A stretch of 64,000 nucleotides of DNA. Source: Deltaproteobacteria bacterium. GTDB taxonomy: Bacteria > Desulfobacterota > Desulfuromonadia > Geobacterales > Pseudopelobacteraceae. Position 1 is the first letter of the stretch; every line of letters begins with the position of its first letter. The position numbers were made by a program, and so were the translations under genes. The notes under the pieces were generated by a model. It ran no database searches. It saw only the letters and a list, made by a program, of their open reading frames with translations, and was not told the origin of the DNA. Below, piece after piece: positions 22,966 through 32,650 of the stretch. The DNA lies in the NCBI GenBank assembly GCA_019162745.1, contig JAFLLC010000069.1, positions 3,002 to 67,001 of the forward strand, read 5' to 3'.

Positions 22966-23748
22966 ATGATCCACGCGACTGCGATAATTGATTCGACAGC
23001 CAACCTGGCTGCAGAAGTGGAAATAGGACCATACGCCATTATCGGTAAACATGTCACGATCGGCAAGGGGACGATTGTCGGTGCTCACGCTGTTGTGGGC
23101 GACTGGACGGAGATCGGTGAAAACAACCAGATATTCCCGCAGTCATCTGTTGGCGCCCCGCCGCAGGACCTCAAGTACCGTGGCGAAGATTGCTGGACCA
23201 GAATCGGCAACAACAACATGATTCGCGAATTTGCCACCATCCACCGGGGCACGGTCACAGGAAACTCCGAGACGGTTGTCGGCAGCAACAACCTTTTCAT
23301 GTCATATTCTCACGTCGCTCATGACTGCCGCATCGGCAACGGCGTTGTCATGGCGAATGTGGCCACACTGGCGGGGCACGTTACCATCGAAGACAACGCG
23401 ATTCTGGGTGGTCTGGTTGCCGTTCACCAGTTCACATCCATCGGGGCGAATGCGATGGTTGGCGGCGGCACAATGGTCAGCCTGGATATCCTTCCCTATA
23501 CAATAGCAACCTCCGGACGCAAGCGCGACACCAAACTGCGCGGCCTTAACCTGATAGGCCTCAAGCGTCGCGGATTTTCTGAAGATGCGATCAGCCACCT
23601 GAAAAAAGCTTACCGGACGCTCTTCATGGCAAATCTGAAGCTCTCTGATGCGATATTGCGCATCAAAACTGAAATCAAAGATTGCCCCGAAGTCGATTAT
23701 CTGTTGGCCTTCATAGAACGCTCCGAACGTGGATTCAGCCGCGGATGA
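22966..23748 (+). CDS. lpxA: Acyl-ACP--UDP-N-acetylglucosamine O-acyltransferase
   Basis: Start set at MIHATAIIDSTANL (ggagag RBS). Hexapeptide repeats plus a helical C-terminus. The track ORF begins 69 nt earlier, inside fabZ. Confidence 0.9.
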   Translation: MIHATAIIDSTANLAAEVEIGPYAIIGKHVTIGKGTIVGAHAVVGDWTEIGENNQIFPQSSVGAPPQDLKYRGEDCWTRIGNNNMIREFATIHRGTVTGNSETVVGSNNLFMSYSHVAHDCRIGNGVVMANVATLAGHVTIEDNAILGGLVAVHQFTSIGANAMVGGGTMVSLDILPYTIATSGRKRDTKLRGLNLIGLKRRGFSEDAISHLKKAYRTLFMANLKLSDAILRIKTEIKDCPEVDYLLAFIERSERGFSRG

Positions 23749-24953
23749 TGCCCATGCGTGGTGGTCCTGACACATCGCCACCCGACACACCCCTCCCCCG
23801 CCGGGTCATGATTGTCGCCGGTGAAGCCTCCGGTGACCTCTATGGAGCCGATCTAGTGCAGAAGGCTCTTCTGCAGGATCCCGGGCTCCATTTTTTCGGC
23901 ATCGGCGGTGCCAGGATGCGCGAAGCTGGCGTTGTGACTCTGGTGGATTCGGCCGACATTGCCGTTATGGGGCTGGTCGAAGTATTTAAACATTTCGGCG
24001 TGATATCTTCCGCTTTTTTGAAACTCAAAAACATCCTGCGGCAAGAGCCTCCCGAGCTGTTAATTCTGATCGACTACCCCGGTTTTAATATCCGTCTGGC
24101 AAAAACGGCAAAAAAAGCCGGTGTAAAAGTTCTTTACTATATCAGCCCCAAGGTATGGGCCTGGAAAGCGGGCCGCATCAAGACAATAGCTGCCGCTGTC
24201 AGCCGAATGGCGGTCATCTTTCCCTTTGAGCTCCCCCTGTATGAAAAGGCCGGGGTTCCAGTGACTTTTGTCGGCCACCCCCTTCTCGATCTGATAAATG
24301 TGACGCTGAGTCGGGATGAAGCAGCCGCAAGCTTTGGCCTGAATCCATCCAGAAAGATCATCGGACTCTTTCCCGGCAGCCGCAGAAGCGAAATTGAGCG
24401 CATCCTGCCAGCCATCATTACTACCGCAGAATTGCTGCAGAAACGTTTTCCGGATATTCAGTTTGTTCTTCCGCTGGCATCTACCCTGAGTGAAGTCGAT
24501 ATTCTTCCACAGCTTGAACGGTGCGGCTTAACAGCAATTATCACCCGGCAGAGGATTCATGACCTGATCAGGGCATGTGACGCCATCATATCGGTCTCCG
24601 GCACGGTCACACTGGAGATCGCCCTTATCGGCACACCGATGGTGATCATCTACAAGTTGGCCCCGCTTACCTACCGGGTGGCCAGGCGGGTGGTAAAGAT
24701 CAAACATATCGGATTATGCAATATCATCGCCGGCAGGAGTCTGGTCAAGGAGCTGATTCAGGAGCAGGCCAATCCGGAGGCGATCGCCGCAGAGATTACA
24801 ACTATCATCACGAATGCGTCCTACCGTACGGCAATGGCTGCAGAGCTGGCCACCATCCGGGAAAAACTCGGCGGCGGCGGTGCCGCAGCCAGGACGGCGG
24901 CTCTGGCGCTTGACATCATCAACAGAGGCAGGAACAATGACAGGGCCATTTAA
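23745..24953 (+). CDS. lpxB: Lipid-A-disaccharide synthase
   Basis: VMIVAGEASGDLYGADL.., FFGIGGARM and YISPKVWAWKAGR motifs. The start is uncertain; I chose the ATGA overlap with the lpxA stop. Confidence 0.88.
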   Translation: MMPMRGGPDTSPPDTPLPRRVMIVAGEASGDLYGADLVQKALLQDPGLHFFGIGGARMREAGVVTLVDSADIAVMGLVEVFKHFGVISSAFLKLKNILRQEPPELLILIDYPGFNIRLAKTAKKAGVKVLYYISPKVWAWKAGRIKTIAAAVSRMAVIFPFELPLYEKAGVPVTFVGHPLLDLINVTLSRDEAAASFGLNPSRKIIGLFPGSRRSEIERILPAIITTAELLQKRFPDIQFVLPLASTLSEVDILPQLERCGLTAIITRQRIHDLIRACDAIISVSGTVTLEIALIGTPMVIIYKLAPLTYRVARRVVKIKHIGLCNIIAGRSLVKELIQEQANPEAIAAEITTIITNASYRTAMAAELATIREKLGGGGAAARTAALALDIINRGRNNDRAI

Positions 24954-26713
24954 TGACTAAGAGTAAGAGTACCTTTGGGCGTATCGTCCACTACAGCAAG
25001 CCGTACTGGGGAAGAATCGCCATTTCAACACTTGCTTCCATCGCGGTCGGCAGCATGGACGGCGGCTTTGCCTACCTGGTGGAACCGCTGCTGAGAAAGA
25101 CTTTTGCCACCAACGACAAAACTATCTTCACCCTCCTGCCGATCGGCGTCATAATCCTGTTTGTCGTCAGAGCGGCCAGCCGCTTCCTTAACGATTATTT
25201 CATCCGGACCGCCGGAGAACTGGCGGTGCAGGATATCCGCAATGATCTTTACCGGAACAGTATGCACCTGGGCCTGCGCTTCTACCACAAACACCCCACC
25301 GGCGCACTGATGTCGCGTGTCCTCTCTGACGTTGCTGTTATGCAGAACGGGATTGCCAACGTAGTCACGAGTGTCTGCCGGGATGGTTTTTCGGCCATCT
25401 CGCTGCTGGTGGTGATCTTCTACCGCAGTTGGGAACTGGCGCTGATAACATTTATCGTTATTCCGCTGACAGTTTTTTCGGCGCAGAAGATCGGTAAACG
25501 CATCAAGCGTCTTTCCGGCCAGAGCCAGGAAAAGATCGGCGACGTTGCGGCAATCCTGCAGGAGACCTATACCGGCATCAAGGTGGTCAAGGCCTTCGGG
25601 CTCGAGGATTGGGTGGTCCAGCGTTTTCGTAACGCGACCACCAGCTATTACAGTTTCATCCGCAAGGCCATAAAATACAACAGCATTTCGGCGCCGGTTA
25701 TCGAGATGATCACGTCCATCGGCATTGCCGGAGTAATCTGGGTCGGCGGCAGCATGGTCATGCGCGGAGAGCTCACCACGGCGGAATTTTTCTCGTTTCT
25801 GACCGCCATGGTGCTGGTCTACAAGCCGGTCAAGAGCCTGAACAACTCGTATAACATCATCCAGACCTCGATCGGAGCTGCGGTGCGCGTCTTTGAAGTG
25901 ATCGACGAAAAGCCGGAACTTGGCGACGCTGCGAATGCCGTTTCAATAGAACGCGCAACAGGCGAGGTCGAATTCCGGGATGTCTCCTTTGCCTATGACG
26001 GAGAAACGGTGCTTAACCACATCACCCTGTCTGCCCGCCATGGTGAAATCATCGCCCTCGTCGGCCCGTCGGGTGGAGGTAAATCAACGCTGGTCTCTTT
26101 GATACCCCGTTTTTATGATGTTACTGATGGTTCAGTTCTGGTCGATGGCATCGATATCCGCTCGCTCCGCATGGCAGACCTGATGCGGCAGGTAGCGCTG
26201 GTGGATCAGGAAACCATGCTCTTTAACGATACGATCGCCAATAACATCCGCTACGGCAACTTTTCAGCTTCGGATGTCGAGGTCGAAGCTGCGGCCCAGG
26301 CCGCCTTTGCCCATGACTTCATCATGGAGATGCCTGACGGCTACTCCACCAACATCGGCGACCGCGGCGCGCGTCTGTCGGGCGGCCAACGTCAGCGGAT
26401 CTGCATTGCCCGCGCCTTGGTCAAGGATGCGCCGATTCTGATCATGGACGAAGCCACCAGCGCCCTGGACACCGAAAGCGAGCAGATGGTGCAGAAAGCG
26501 CTGGACAACCTGATGGCCAACCGGACCACGTTCGTGATCGCCCACCGGCTCTCCACCGTGCTGCATGCCGACAAAATTCTCGTCCTCGAAGATGGCCGGA
26601 TCGTTGAAAGCGGTTCACATGACGAACTGCTGAGTAACGGCGGGCTCTACAACCGCTTGTACTCTCTGCAGTTCAGCGACCGGGACCCTGCCGGGCTCAC
26701 CAGCGAACCATGA
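24953..26713 (+). CDS. msbA: Lipid A export ABC transporter (fused permease/ATPase), MsbA family
   Basis: 586 aa. Six-TM N-terminal half, Walker A GPSGGGKST, LSGGQRQRICIARAL, ILIMDEATSALD. Context lpxB-msbA-lpxL. Confidence 0.88.
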   Translation: MTKSKSTFGRIVHYSKPYWGRIAISTLASIAVGSMDGGFAYLVEPLLRKTFATNDKTIFTLLPIGVIILFVVRAASRFLNDYFIRTAGELAVQDIRNDLYRNSMHLGLRFYHKHPTGALMSRVLSDVAVMQNGIANVVTSVCRDGFSAISLLVVIFYRSWELALITFIVIPLTVFSAQKIGKRIKRLSGQSQEKIGDVAAILQETYTGIKVVKAFGLEDWVVQRFRNATTSYYSFIRKAIKYNSISAPVIEMITSIGIAGVIWVGGSMVMRGELTTAEFFSFLTAMVLVYKPVKSLNNSYNIIQTSIGAAVRVFEVIDEKPELGDAANAVSIERATGEVEFRDVSFAYDGETVLNHITLSARHGEIIALVGPSGGGKSTLVSLIPRFYDVTDGSVLVDGIDIRSLRMADLMRQVALVDQETMLFNDTIANNIRYGNFSASDVEVEAAAQAAFAHDFIMEMPDGYSTNIGDRGARLSGGQRQRICIARALVKDAPILIMDEATSALDTESEQMVQKALDNLMANRTTFVIAHRLSTVLHADKILVLEDGRIVESGSHDELLSNGGLYNRLYSLQFSDRDPAGLTSEP

Positions 26714-27642
26714 AACGAATCAGCTGGGCCATTCAGGCCGCACTCTTCTATCTATTTACCCTGCTGGTAGCGGCTCTTCCCCGTTCTCAATCAACCCGCA
26801 TCGGCAAAAAGACCGGAATATTCCTGTTTAATATTCTTCACAGGCGCAGATCAATTGCGATCGACAATATCCGTCAGGCGCTCCCCTTCATGAAACGCCA
26901 CCACTCCTGGAACGACGAATTTGAAACGGCAGAAGAAATCGCCCTGGCAACATTCAAGAATCTGGGTATCTCTATCGTTGAAGTGTGCCGGTTGTACCAT
27001 GGCAAAGGCGATGAGCTGATCGACTCGATGGAAGTAAATGGCCTGGAAAATTTTCAGCGCGCCAAAGAAAAGGGCAAAGGCGTGCTTTGCGTAAGCGGCC
27101 ATTGCGGAAACTGGGAGCTTATTTCACTTTCTTTCAAAAAGCATCTTGATGAGAATGTATGGGCAATTGTTCGGAAACAGAACAATCCATACCTTAATTC
27201 TATTGTTGAAAAGATGAGGATGGGTTACGGCAACAAGGTAATTTACAGTAAGGACGCTCTGCGCCCGATACTCAGTGTCATCAGGAACAAAGGGGTGATC
27301 GGCATGCTGGCCGATCAGGCCGTTTTTGAAGACAACGGCGCCCTGATTGAGTTTCTTGGACGAACAGCGTGGGCAAACAAGGCCCCCGTCATAATTGCGC
27401 ATAAAACCGGAGTACCGATTGTCCCCGTTTCCGGTTACCGGGGAAAAGACAGACACGTTCTTGCGTTCCATCCGGAATTCACTCTTGGCAGTGACCGTTC
27501 CGAAGAGGGGGTCAGGAAGGATGTTCAGGCGCTTGCACGATATCTGGAAGATTTCATCTGCGCCCATCCGACAGAATGGTATTGGGTGCATCGCCGCTGG
27601 AAACGAGCCGGACAAAGCACCTTAGACAACGTCGCAGTTTAG
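26710..27642 (+). CDS. Lipid A biosynthesis (Kdo)2-lipid IVA late acyltransferase family (LpxL/HtrB-like)
   Basis: 310 aa. N-terminal TM helix and an HX4D/E-type motif SGHCGNWE. Position within the lipid A cluster. Confidence 0.8.
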   Translation: MKRISWAIQAALFYLFTLLVAALPRSQSTRIGKKTGIFLFNILHRRRSIAIDNIRQALPFMKRHHSWNDEFETAEEIALATFKNLGISIVEVCRLYHGKGDELIDSMEVNGLENFQRAKEKGKGVLCVSGHCGNWELISLSFKKHLDENVWAIVRKQNNPYLNSIVEKMRMGYGNKVIYSKDALRPILSVIRNKGVIGMLADQAVFEDNGALIEFLGRTAWANKAPVIIAHKTGVPIVPVSGYRGKDRHVLAFHPEFTLGSDRSEEGVRKDVQALARYLEDFICAHPTEWYWVHRRWKRAGQSTLDNVAV

Positions 27643-27645
27643 CCC

Positions 27646-27900
27646 TATAAATCATTTTAAACACGGAGAAACGGCCAAAAGTATTACTGACTGTTATTTG
27701 TTGGCTTTATCACAAATTTACAGCCAGTTAGTTGTTTCATCAGGCGCTTCCAAGCGAGAACACGTAGTAAAATCTGAGAGTTACAAATAAAAACCGAAGC
27801 TTCATGGCTCACCACAAAGGTTATTTAGTTTTAGACCTTAAGCCTTTGCTTTCTCAGTGTTCTCCGTGCCTCCGTGTTATTGAGCTGCCGGTTTAGGTTT
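27646..27900 (+). repeat. Palindromic intergenic repeat, copy 2 (long variant with an 81-nt internal insertion at 27675-27755)
   Basis: It starts AAACACGGAGAAACGG and ends CTCAGTGTTCTCCGTGCCTCCGTGTTATTGAGCTGCCGGTTTAGGTTT, the same ends as copy 1. It lies between the lpxL-like stop (27642) and the waaA ATG (27906). Confidence 0.9.
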
Positions 27901-27905
27901 AATCT

Positions 27906-29189
27906 ATGTTCTTTTTTGCCTACAACATTTTATCCATATTCCTGCTACTCCCGGTGGTGGTCTACCATCTCTACCGCTCCGTCAGCCGCGGCAGGCCGCC
28001 CGCTTTCCGTGAACGCTTCGGCTCTATTCCCGCAGCAGAACTGGCAGCCCTCCGCAAGCGTCCGACCATCTGGCTGCACGCCGTATCGGTTGGTGAATCG
28101 ATCGCCGCCCGCCCGCTGCTCAAAGCGCTCCGCAAGCGGTATCCCGGCCATGCCATTGTTGTGTCCAACACCACCGAGACCGGGAGGGGAATCAGCTCAA
28201 CCTTCCCGGAAGTAGACCTTTGCATCTACTTCCCGTTCGATTTTCTGCCCTCAGTCTGCAGTGCATTGAAAAGCATCAGGCCGGTGCTGATCATCATCAT
28301 GGAGACCGAAATCTGGCCCAACTTCACGCGGGAAGCAACCCTCCGCGGTATTCCTGTCCTGCTGGCTAACGGGCGGATTTCAGACCGATCTTTTGACCGC
28401 TACATGAAACTGGGTTGGTTTTTCCGCCACCCGTTGCGTCTCTTCTCAAACCTCTGCATGCAGACAGAAATTGATCGGGAACGGATCATCGCCATCGGCG
28501 CTCCGGATGAACGCACTTTGGCGACCGGCAATCTCAAGTATGATATTCCCATTTGCGTTGCAGACGTTGGCGAGAAAAAACGTCTGAGGGACAGCTATAC
28601 CATTCCGGAAGAGCTGATTGTCCTGACAGCGGGGAGCACCCATTCCGGTGAGGAGCAACATGTCATAACCATGTATAAGGAGTTGTCTGCGGCGGCTGAC
28701 AACCTGTTCCTGATACTCGTCCCACGGCACCCGGAACGAAGTAGTGAGGTTGCCGGACTTCTGGAAAACTCCGGACTCACCTTCCGGCGGCGTACTTCGC
28801 TACCTTCAACTGAGCTGTTTCATCAGGGTGAGGTATTACTTGTAGACACGATCGGCGAGATGATGAGCCTCTATGCACTCTCCGACATCTCCTTTGTCGG
28901 CGGGAGTCTGGTGCCGACCGGCGGCCACAACCTGTTGGAACCGGCTTCGGCAGGGGTCGCGAGCGTCTTTGGCCCACACATGACCAATTTCCGGGAAATT
29001 ACCGAGCTGGTGTTGCAGTACGGGGCGGGCATTCAGGTTGATTCGCCCGAGGCGTTGACCGCCTCCATGCGTACATTGATTGCAAGCATTGAGCTGCGCC
29101 GGGTACTTGGACAGAACGGCCTGAAGATGATGCGTGATAACGGCGGGGCCACCGAACGGCACATGGAGGTCATCGCTGGGTATTTATGA
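27906..29189 (+). CDS. waaA: 3-deoxy-D-manno-octulosonic acid (Kdo) transferase
   Basis: 427 aa. IWLHAVSVGESIAARPLL motif and a C-terminal GT-B half (FVGGSLVPTGGHNLLEPA). Confidence 0.92.
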   Translation: MFFFAYNILSIFLLLPVVVYHLYRSVSRGRPPAFRERFGSIPAAELAALRKRPTIWLHAVSVGESIAARPLLKALRKRYPGHAIVVSNTTETGRGISSTFPEVDLCIYFPFDFLPSVCSALKSIRPVLIIIMETEIWPNFTREATLRGIPVLLANGRISDRSFDRYMKLGWFFRHPLRLFSNLCMQTEIDRERIIAIGAPDERTLATGNLKYDIPICVADVGEKKRLRDSYTIPEELIVLTAGSTHSGEEQHVITMYKELSAAADNLFLILVPRHPERSSEVAGLLENSGLTFRRRTSLPSTELFHQGEVLLVDTIGEMMSLYALSDISFVGGSLVPTGGHNLLEPASAGVASVFGPHMTNFREITELVLQYGAGIQVDSPEALTASMRTLIASIELRRVLGQNGLKMMRDNGGATERHMEVIAGYL

Positions 29190-30268
29190 AAGCCTCCTTT
29201 GCTACATACTGGCGTGAGCTCGCTAACGGTACACGCACCGAAACCGTTGACCAGCTGTTGATCCTGCTTCTAGCACCGCTCGGGATGGTTTACTCGCTTA
29301 TCCAAAAACTGCGGGCCACCCTGTACCGGATCGGCATGCTGAAGAGTCACCGCCTGCCGTGTCCGGTGATCTCGATCGGTAATATAACGGTCGGAGGCAC
29401 CGGCAAGACTCCGGTGACCGCCTACATCGCCCGTCTGCTGCTGAAGCAGGGGTACAAAGTTGCGGTATTGTCCAGGGGGTATGGCGGCAGCCTGGAGGGA
29501 CAATGTGTCGTCGTCAGCGATGGCGTTACGGTCATGCTGGGTCCACGGGAGTGCGGCGACGAGCCGTACCTGCTGGCATCAACCGTGCCGGGGCTTATGG
29601 TCGTAATCGGCACGGACCGCTACGCCGCCGGCCAGCTGGCGATGCAGCAGCTTGTCCCGGACATATTCCTGCTTGATGACGGCTTTCAGCATCTGCGACT
29701 GATGCGGGACCTGAATATCCTGCTGCTCGACTCTTCCCGACCATTCGGCAACGGCTGGACCCTGCCGGCCGGACTGCTGCGCGAACCGGCCGCCGCTGCC
29801 AAGCGTGCCGATCTGGTGATCCTGACACGCTGCTCTGAGGGTACTACAGCCACCCCCCTGGTTTCAGGCAAACCTGCTTTTGCGGCTTCACATCGGCTGG
29901 TTGATGTGCTCCCACTCCTGGGAGGAGATCCGGTGCCGTTAGCTGCATTGCAGGGTCCAAAATTTCTGGCTTTTGCAGGAATAGCGCAGCCGGAGTTCTT
30001 TTTTTCCGCGTTACGGGACAGGGGAATTAACGTGGTGCGCACCCTCCCCTTTCCGGACCATGCCGACTACGACCATGAATCTCTCGAAGCGATCAGGGCG
30101 GCACTGCGGAGCAGCGGCGCTGAATACGCAATTACAACCGAAAAGGATGGGGTCAAGCTGATGCTGCTTCCAGCTGATATTGCCGCTGTTACCTATCTTG
30201 CCAGACTCGATATTGAGATCGATAAACCGGCTGAGCTACTGGCTTTCGTACGCAATTTACTTCCATAA
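29186..30268 (+). CDS. lpxK: Tetraacyldisaccharide 4'-kinase
   Basis: 360 aa. P-loop GNITVGGTGKTP and LLDDGFQH motif. Confidence 0.92.
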   Translation: MKASFATYWRELANGTRTETVDQLLILLLAPLGMVYSLIQKLRATLYRIGMLKSHRLPCPVISIGNITVGGTGKTPVTAYIARLLLKQGYKVAVLSRGYGGSLEGQCVVVSDGVTVMLGPRECGDEPYLLASTVPGLMVVIGTDRYAAGQLAMQQLVPDIFLLDDGFQHLRLMRDLNILLLDSSRPFGNGWTLPAGLLREPAAAAKRADLVILTRCSEGTTATPLVSGKPAFAASHRLVDVLPLLGGDPVPLAALQGPKFLAFAGIAQPEFFFSALRDRGINVVRTLPFPDHADYDHESLEAIRAALRSSGAEYAITTEKDGVKLMLLPADIAAVTYLARLDIEIDKPAELLAFVRNLLP

Positions 30269-30314
30269 AACCGGTTTTTGTGGCATTTTACTTATTTTTT
30301 CAGGTCAAACAAAC

Positions 30315-30482
30315 ATGCCGACACCAGAACTTATAAGCATAATCGCCTGTCCGGCCTGCAAAGGGGTCCTCACTGCCCTTGAAGAGCCACCATCTCTACT
30401 CTGCCGACACTGCGGCCTGAAGTTTCCCATTCGAGACGGTGTACCCATTATGCTGACAGATGAAGCGGAGCGGATCTCTTAA
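30315..30482 (+). CDS. Trm112/YcaR (UPF0434) family small zinc-ribbon protein
   Basis: 55 aa from MPTPELISIIACPACKGVL..LLCRHCGLKFPIRDGVPIML. The lpxK-ycaR adjacency is also seen in E. coli (established synteny). The track ORF's upstream extension overlaps lpxK. Confidence 0.8.
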   Translation: MPTPELISIIACPACKGVLTALEEPPSLLCRHCGLKFPIRDGVPIMLTDEAERIS

Positions 30483-31568
30483 ATGTCCTGCGAGAATACC
30501 CCAAAAAAAATACTGGTCTTGCGCTACCGTTTCATCGGCGACACGATCCTGACCGTGCCGTTTATGCGTAATTTACGGCGGGCAGAACCGGACGCGTACA
30601 TTGCCTGGGTTGTTGCGCCAGGTTCATCTGAAGTTATACAGGGGATTCCCTACGTCGATGAATTGCTCTTCTGGGATCCAGTGACTATTCATGCCGACAG
30701 CCGTGGAACGCACAAAACATTTGGCGACAAGTTGGGATTTATCCGCAAGCTGCGTGCCCTCCGTTTCGACAAAGTCTATGTGCTGAAGCGTTCCTTCGGC
30801 AGTGCCCTGATAGGATATCTGTCCGGTGCCAGAAAACGGATCGGCTTTGCCACCGAGGGGCGGAGTTTTCTGTTGACCACTGCGGTGCCGTATTGCTACG
30901 ACCAGCATGAGGTGCAGAATTTTCTTGATGTGCTGCGGGCGGACGGGGTTCCGGTGGTGGATGATCATCTGGAATCTTGGGTAACAACTGACGAGGCAGC
31001 GACTGCAGCAGTAATTTTACAGCAGTCCGATTTCCAGAACGGGGAGCTTCTTGTCGGAATACATCCTTTCGCATCATCCAAAGGCAAACGATGGCCGTTA
31101 GAGCTATATGCAGAACTGTCGCACCAACTTGCCGCCGACGGCTTCCGCCCACTGGTACTCGGTGCGCCAAACGAGCGGCAGGAATTTGCTGATATAGCCA
31201 GCAAATTTTCAGCCACGACCATTAATGCAGTCGGCTGTTGCGATCTACGTGTGACACTGGCACTGCTCAAACGTTGTCAACTCTACGTTGGCAATGACAG
31301 CGGCATCATGCACCTGGCAGCATCCGCCGGTCTCCCACTGGTAACAATTTTTGGCTCTACCTCACCGCGACTCTTCGGCCCCTGGGGGAAAGAGGCAACC
31401 ATTGTTTCTGCCGGGTTCCAGTGTGCCCCCTGTCGGCAGAAATTCTTTACCGAGTGTCAACCCTCAGAGCGTGGATATCCGCCCTGCCTGGAAGCTGTCA
31501 CAGTTGAGATGGTGCTGAGCGCACTTCGGCAAAAATATCCTGCCCGGATGAAGATTACAACCAAATGA
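30483..31568 (+). CDS. ADP-heptose:LPS heptosyltransferase family glycosyltransferase (GT9)
   Basis: 361 aa. ILVLRYRFIGDTILTVPFMRNL N-terminus and NDSGIMHLAASAG motif. Confidence 0.85.
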   Translation: MSCENTPKKILVLRYRFIGDTILTVPFMRNLRRAEPDAYIAWVVAPGSSEVIQGIPYVDELLFWDPVTIHADSRGTHKTFGDKLGFIRKLRALRFDKVYVLKRSFGSALIGYLSGARKRIGFATEGRSFLLTTAVPYCYDQHEVQNFLDVLRADGVPVVDDHLESWVTTDEAATAAVILQQSDFQNGELLVGIHPFASSKGKRWPLELYAELSHQLAADGFRPLVLGAPNERQEFADIASKFSATTINAVGCCDLRVTLALLKRCQLYVGNDSGIMHLAASAGLPLVTIFGSTSPRLFGPWGKEATIVSAGFQCAPCRQKFFTECQPSERGYPPCLEAVTVEMVLSALRQKYPARMKITTK

Positions 31569-32650
31569 AAGTGTTACTGGTCAACTTGGGCAGAGGTTGG
31601 GGAGGAGGACAGGAGCAACTTACTGATCTGGCCACTGAACTGACGGAACAGGGTGACACAATTCACTTTCTCTGCAGGTCAGGATCATTTTCAGTGCCCC
31701 GCCTTAACAGACTGGGTTTTACTGTTAATGAATTCAACGGCACTGTTGCGGGTGTGCTGCGTACTGCTCGACTAATTATTGCCGAGCAGTATGACGCCGT
31801 GCTTGCTACGAGAGAGCATGATCTTGTCAAAATAGCTCTAGCTTGGAAGTTGGCATGTTTAGCCGGAACAAGCGGACGTTTTGTAATGGCCTATCACACC
31901 GCAACCAGCCGTCGCCAGCTTTTCATAACAGTACCAGATGCAATTGTGTGTATTTCTAACTATGTCAGAGATAAACTACTAAAGGGCAATCAGATAGATG
32001 CTCACCGTTTGCATATCATACATAACGGTATTGCTGAGGAGCAGGTATTATCAGAGGGTAAATTCTGCCGGAATCGTACCAGAACTATTTTTAAAGAAGC
32101 GGAGTTCCCTTCAATCGGTATGGTTGGAGCTTATTTCAAAAATCAGCAGGAACTAGTTGCAATAACTCCTCAATTAAAGGCTGCCTTTCCAAATCTTCGA
32201 GTGATCCTACTTGGTAACAGGGATGAACCAACACTACTTACCCCATTGCAGAAACAGATCAGGGCACTGAGCCTGGAACAGACCGTGATCATTTCCGAGC
32301 CGGTAGAACGGGCGCGTATGAATGAGGTTTTTGCTGACTTAGATCTGTCAGTCAGCACCTTTCGCAATGAAGGTTTCGGCTTGGTACACTTGGAAAGTCT
32401 TGCTGCTGGCACTCCGGTCGTGGCATATGACGAAGGTGGACAGGTGGATATTCTTGAAAATTCCGGAGCTGGAATTTTAGTGCACGGTGGCATGAATGAA
32501 TTTGCTAAGGCGGTAATTGGACTCCTGTACGATGACCAGCAACGTTATGCCATGGGTAGAAAAGGAGCAGAGCTTGTGCGGACGCAGTTTTCCCGCGCAA
32601 CGATGGCCGCTGCTTACCGCCATATTTTGTCAGGTGAAAGAGCACTATGA
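31565..32650 (+). CDS. Glycosyltransferase family 4 (GT-B, group 1)
   Basis: 361 aa. EGFGLVHLESLAAGTPVVAYDEGG (EX7E region). Confidence 0.85.
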   Translation: MKVLLVNLGRGWGGGQEQLTDLATELTEQGDTIHFLCRSGSFSVPRLNRLGFTVNEFNGTVAGVLRTARLIIAEQYDAVLATREHDLVKIALAWKLACLAGTSGRFVMAYHTATSRRQLFITVPDAIVCISNYVRDKLLKGNQIDAHRLHIIHNGIAEEQVLSEGKFCRNRTRTIFKEAEFPSIGMVGAYFKNQQELVAITPQLKAAFPNLRVILLGNRDEPTLLTPLQKQIRALSLEQTVIISEPVERARMNEVFADLDLSVSTFRNEGFGLVHLESLAAGTPVVAYDEGGQVDILENSGAGILVHGGMNEFAKAVIGLLYDDQQRYAMGRKGAELVRTQFSRATMAAAYRHILSGERAL

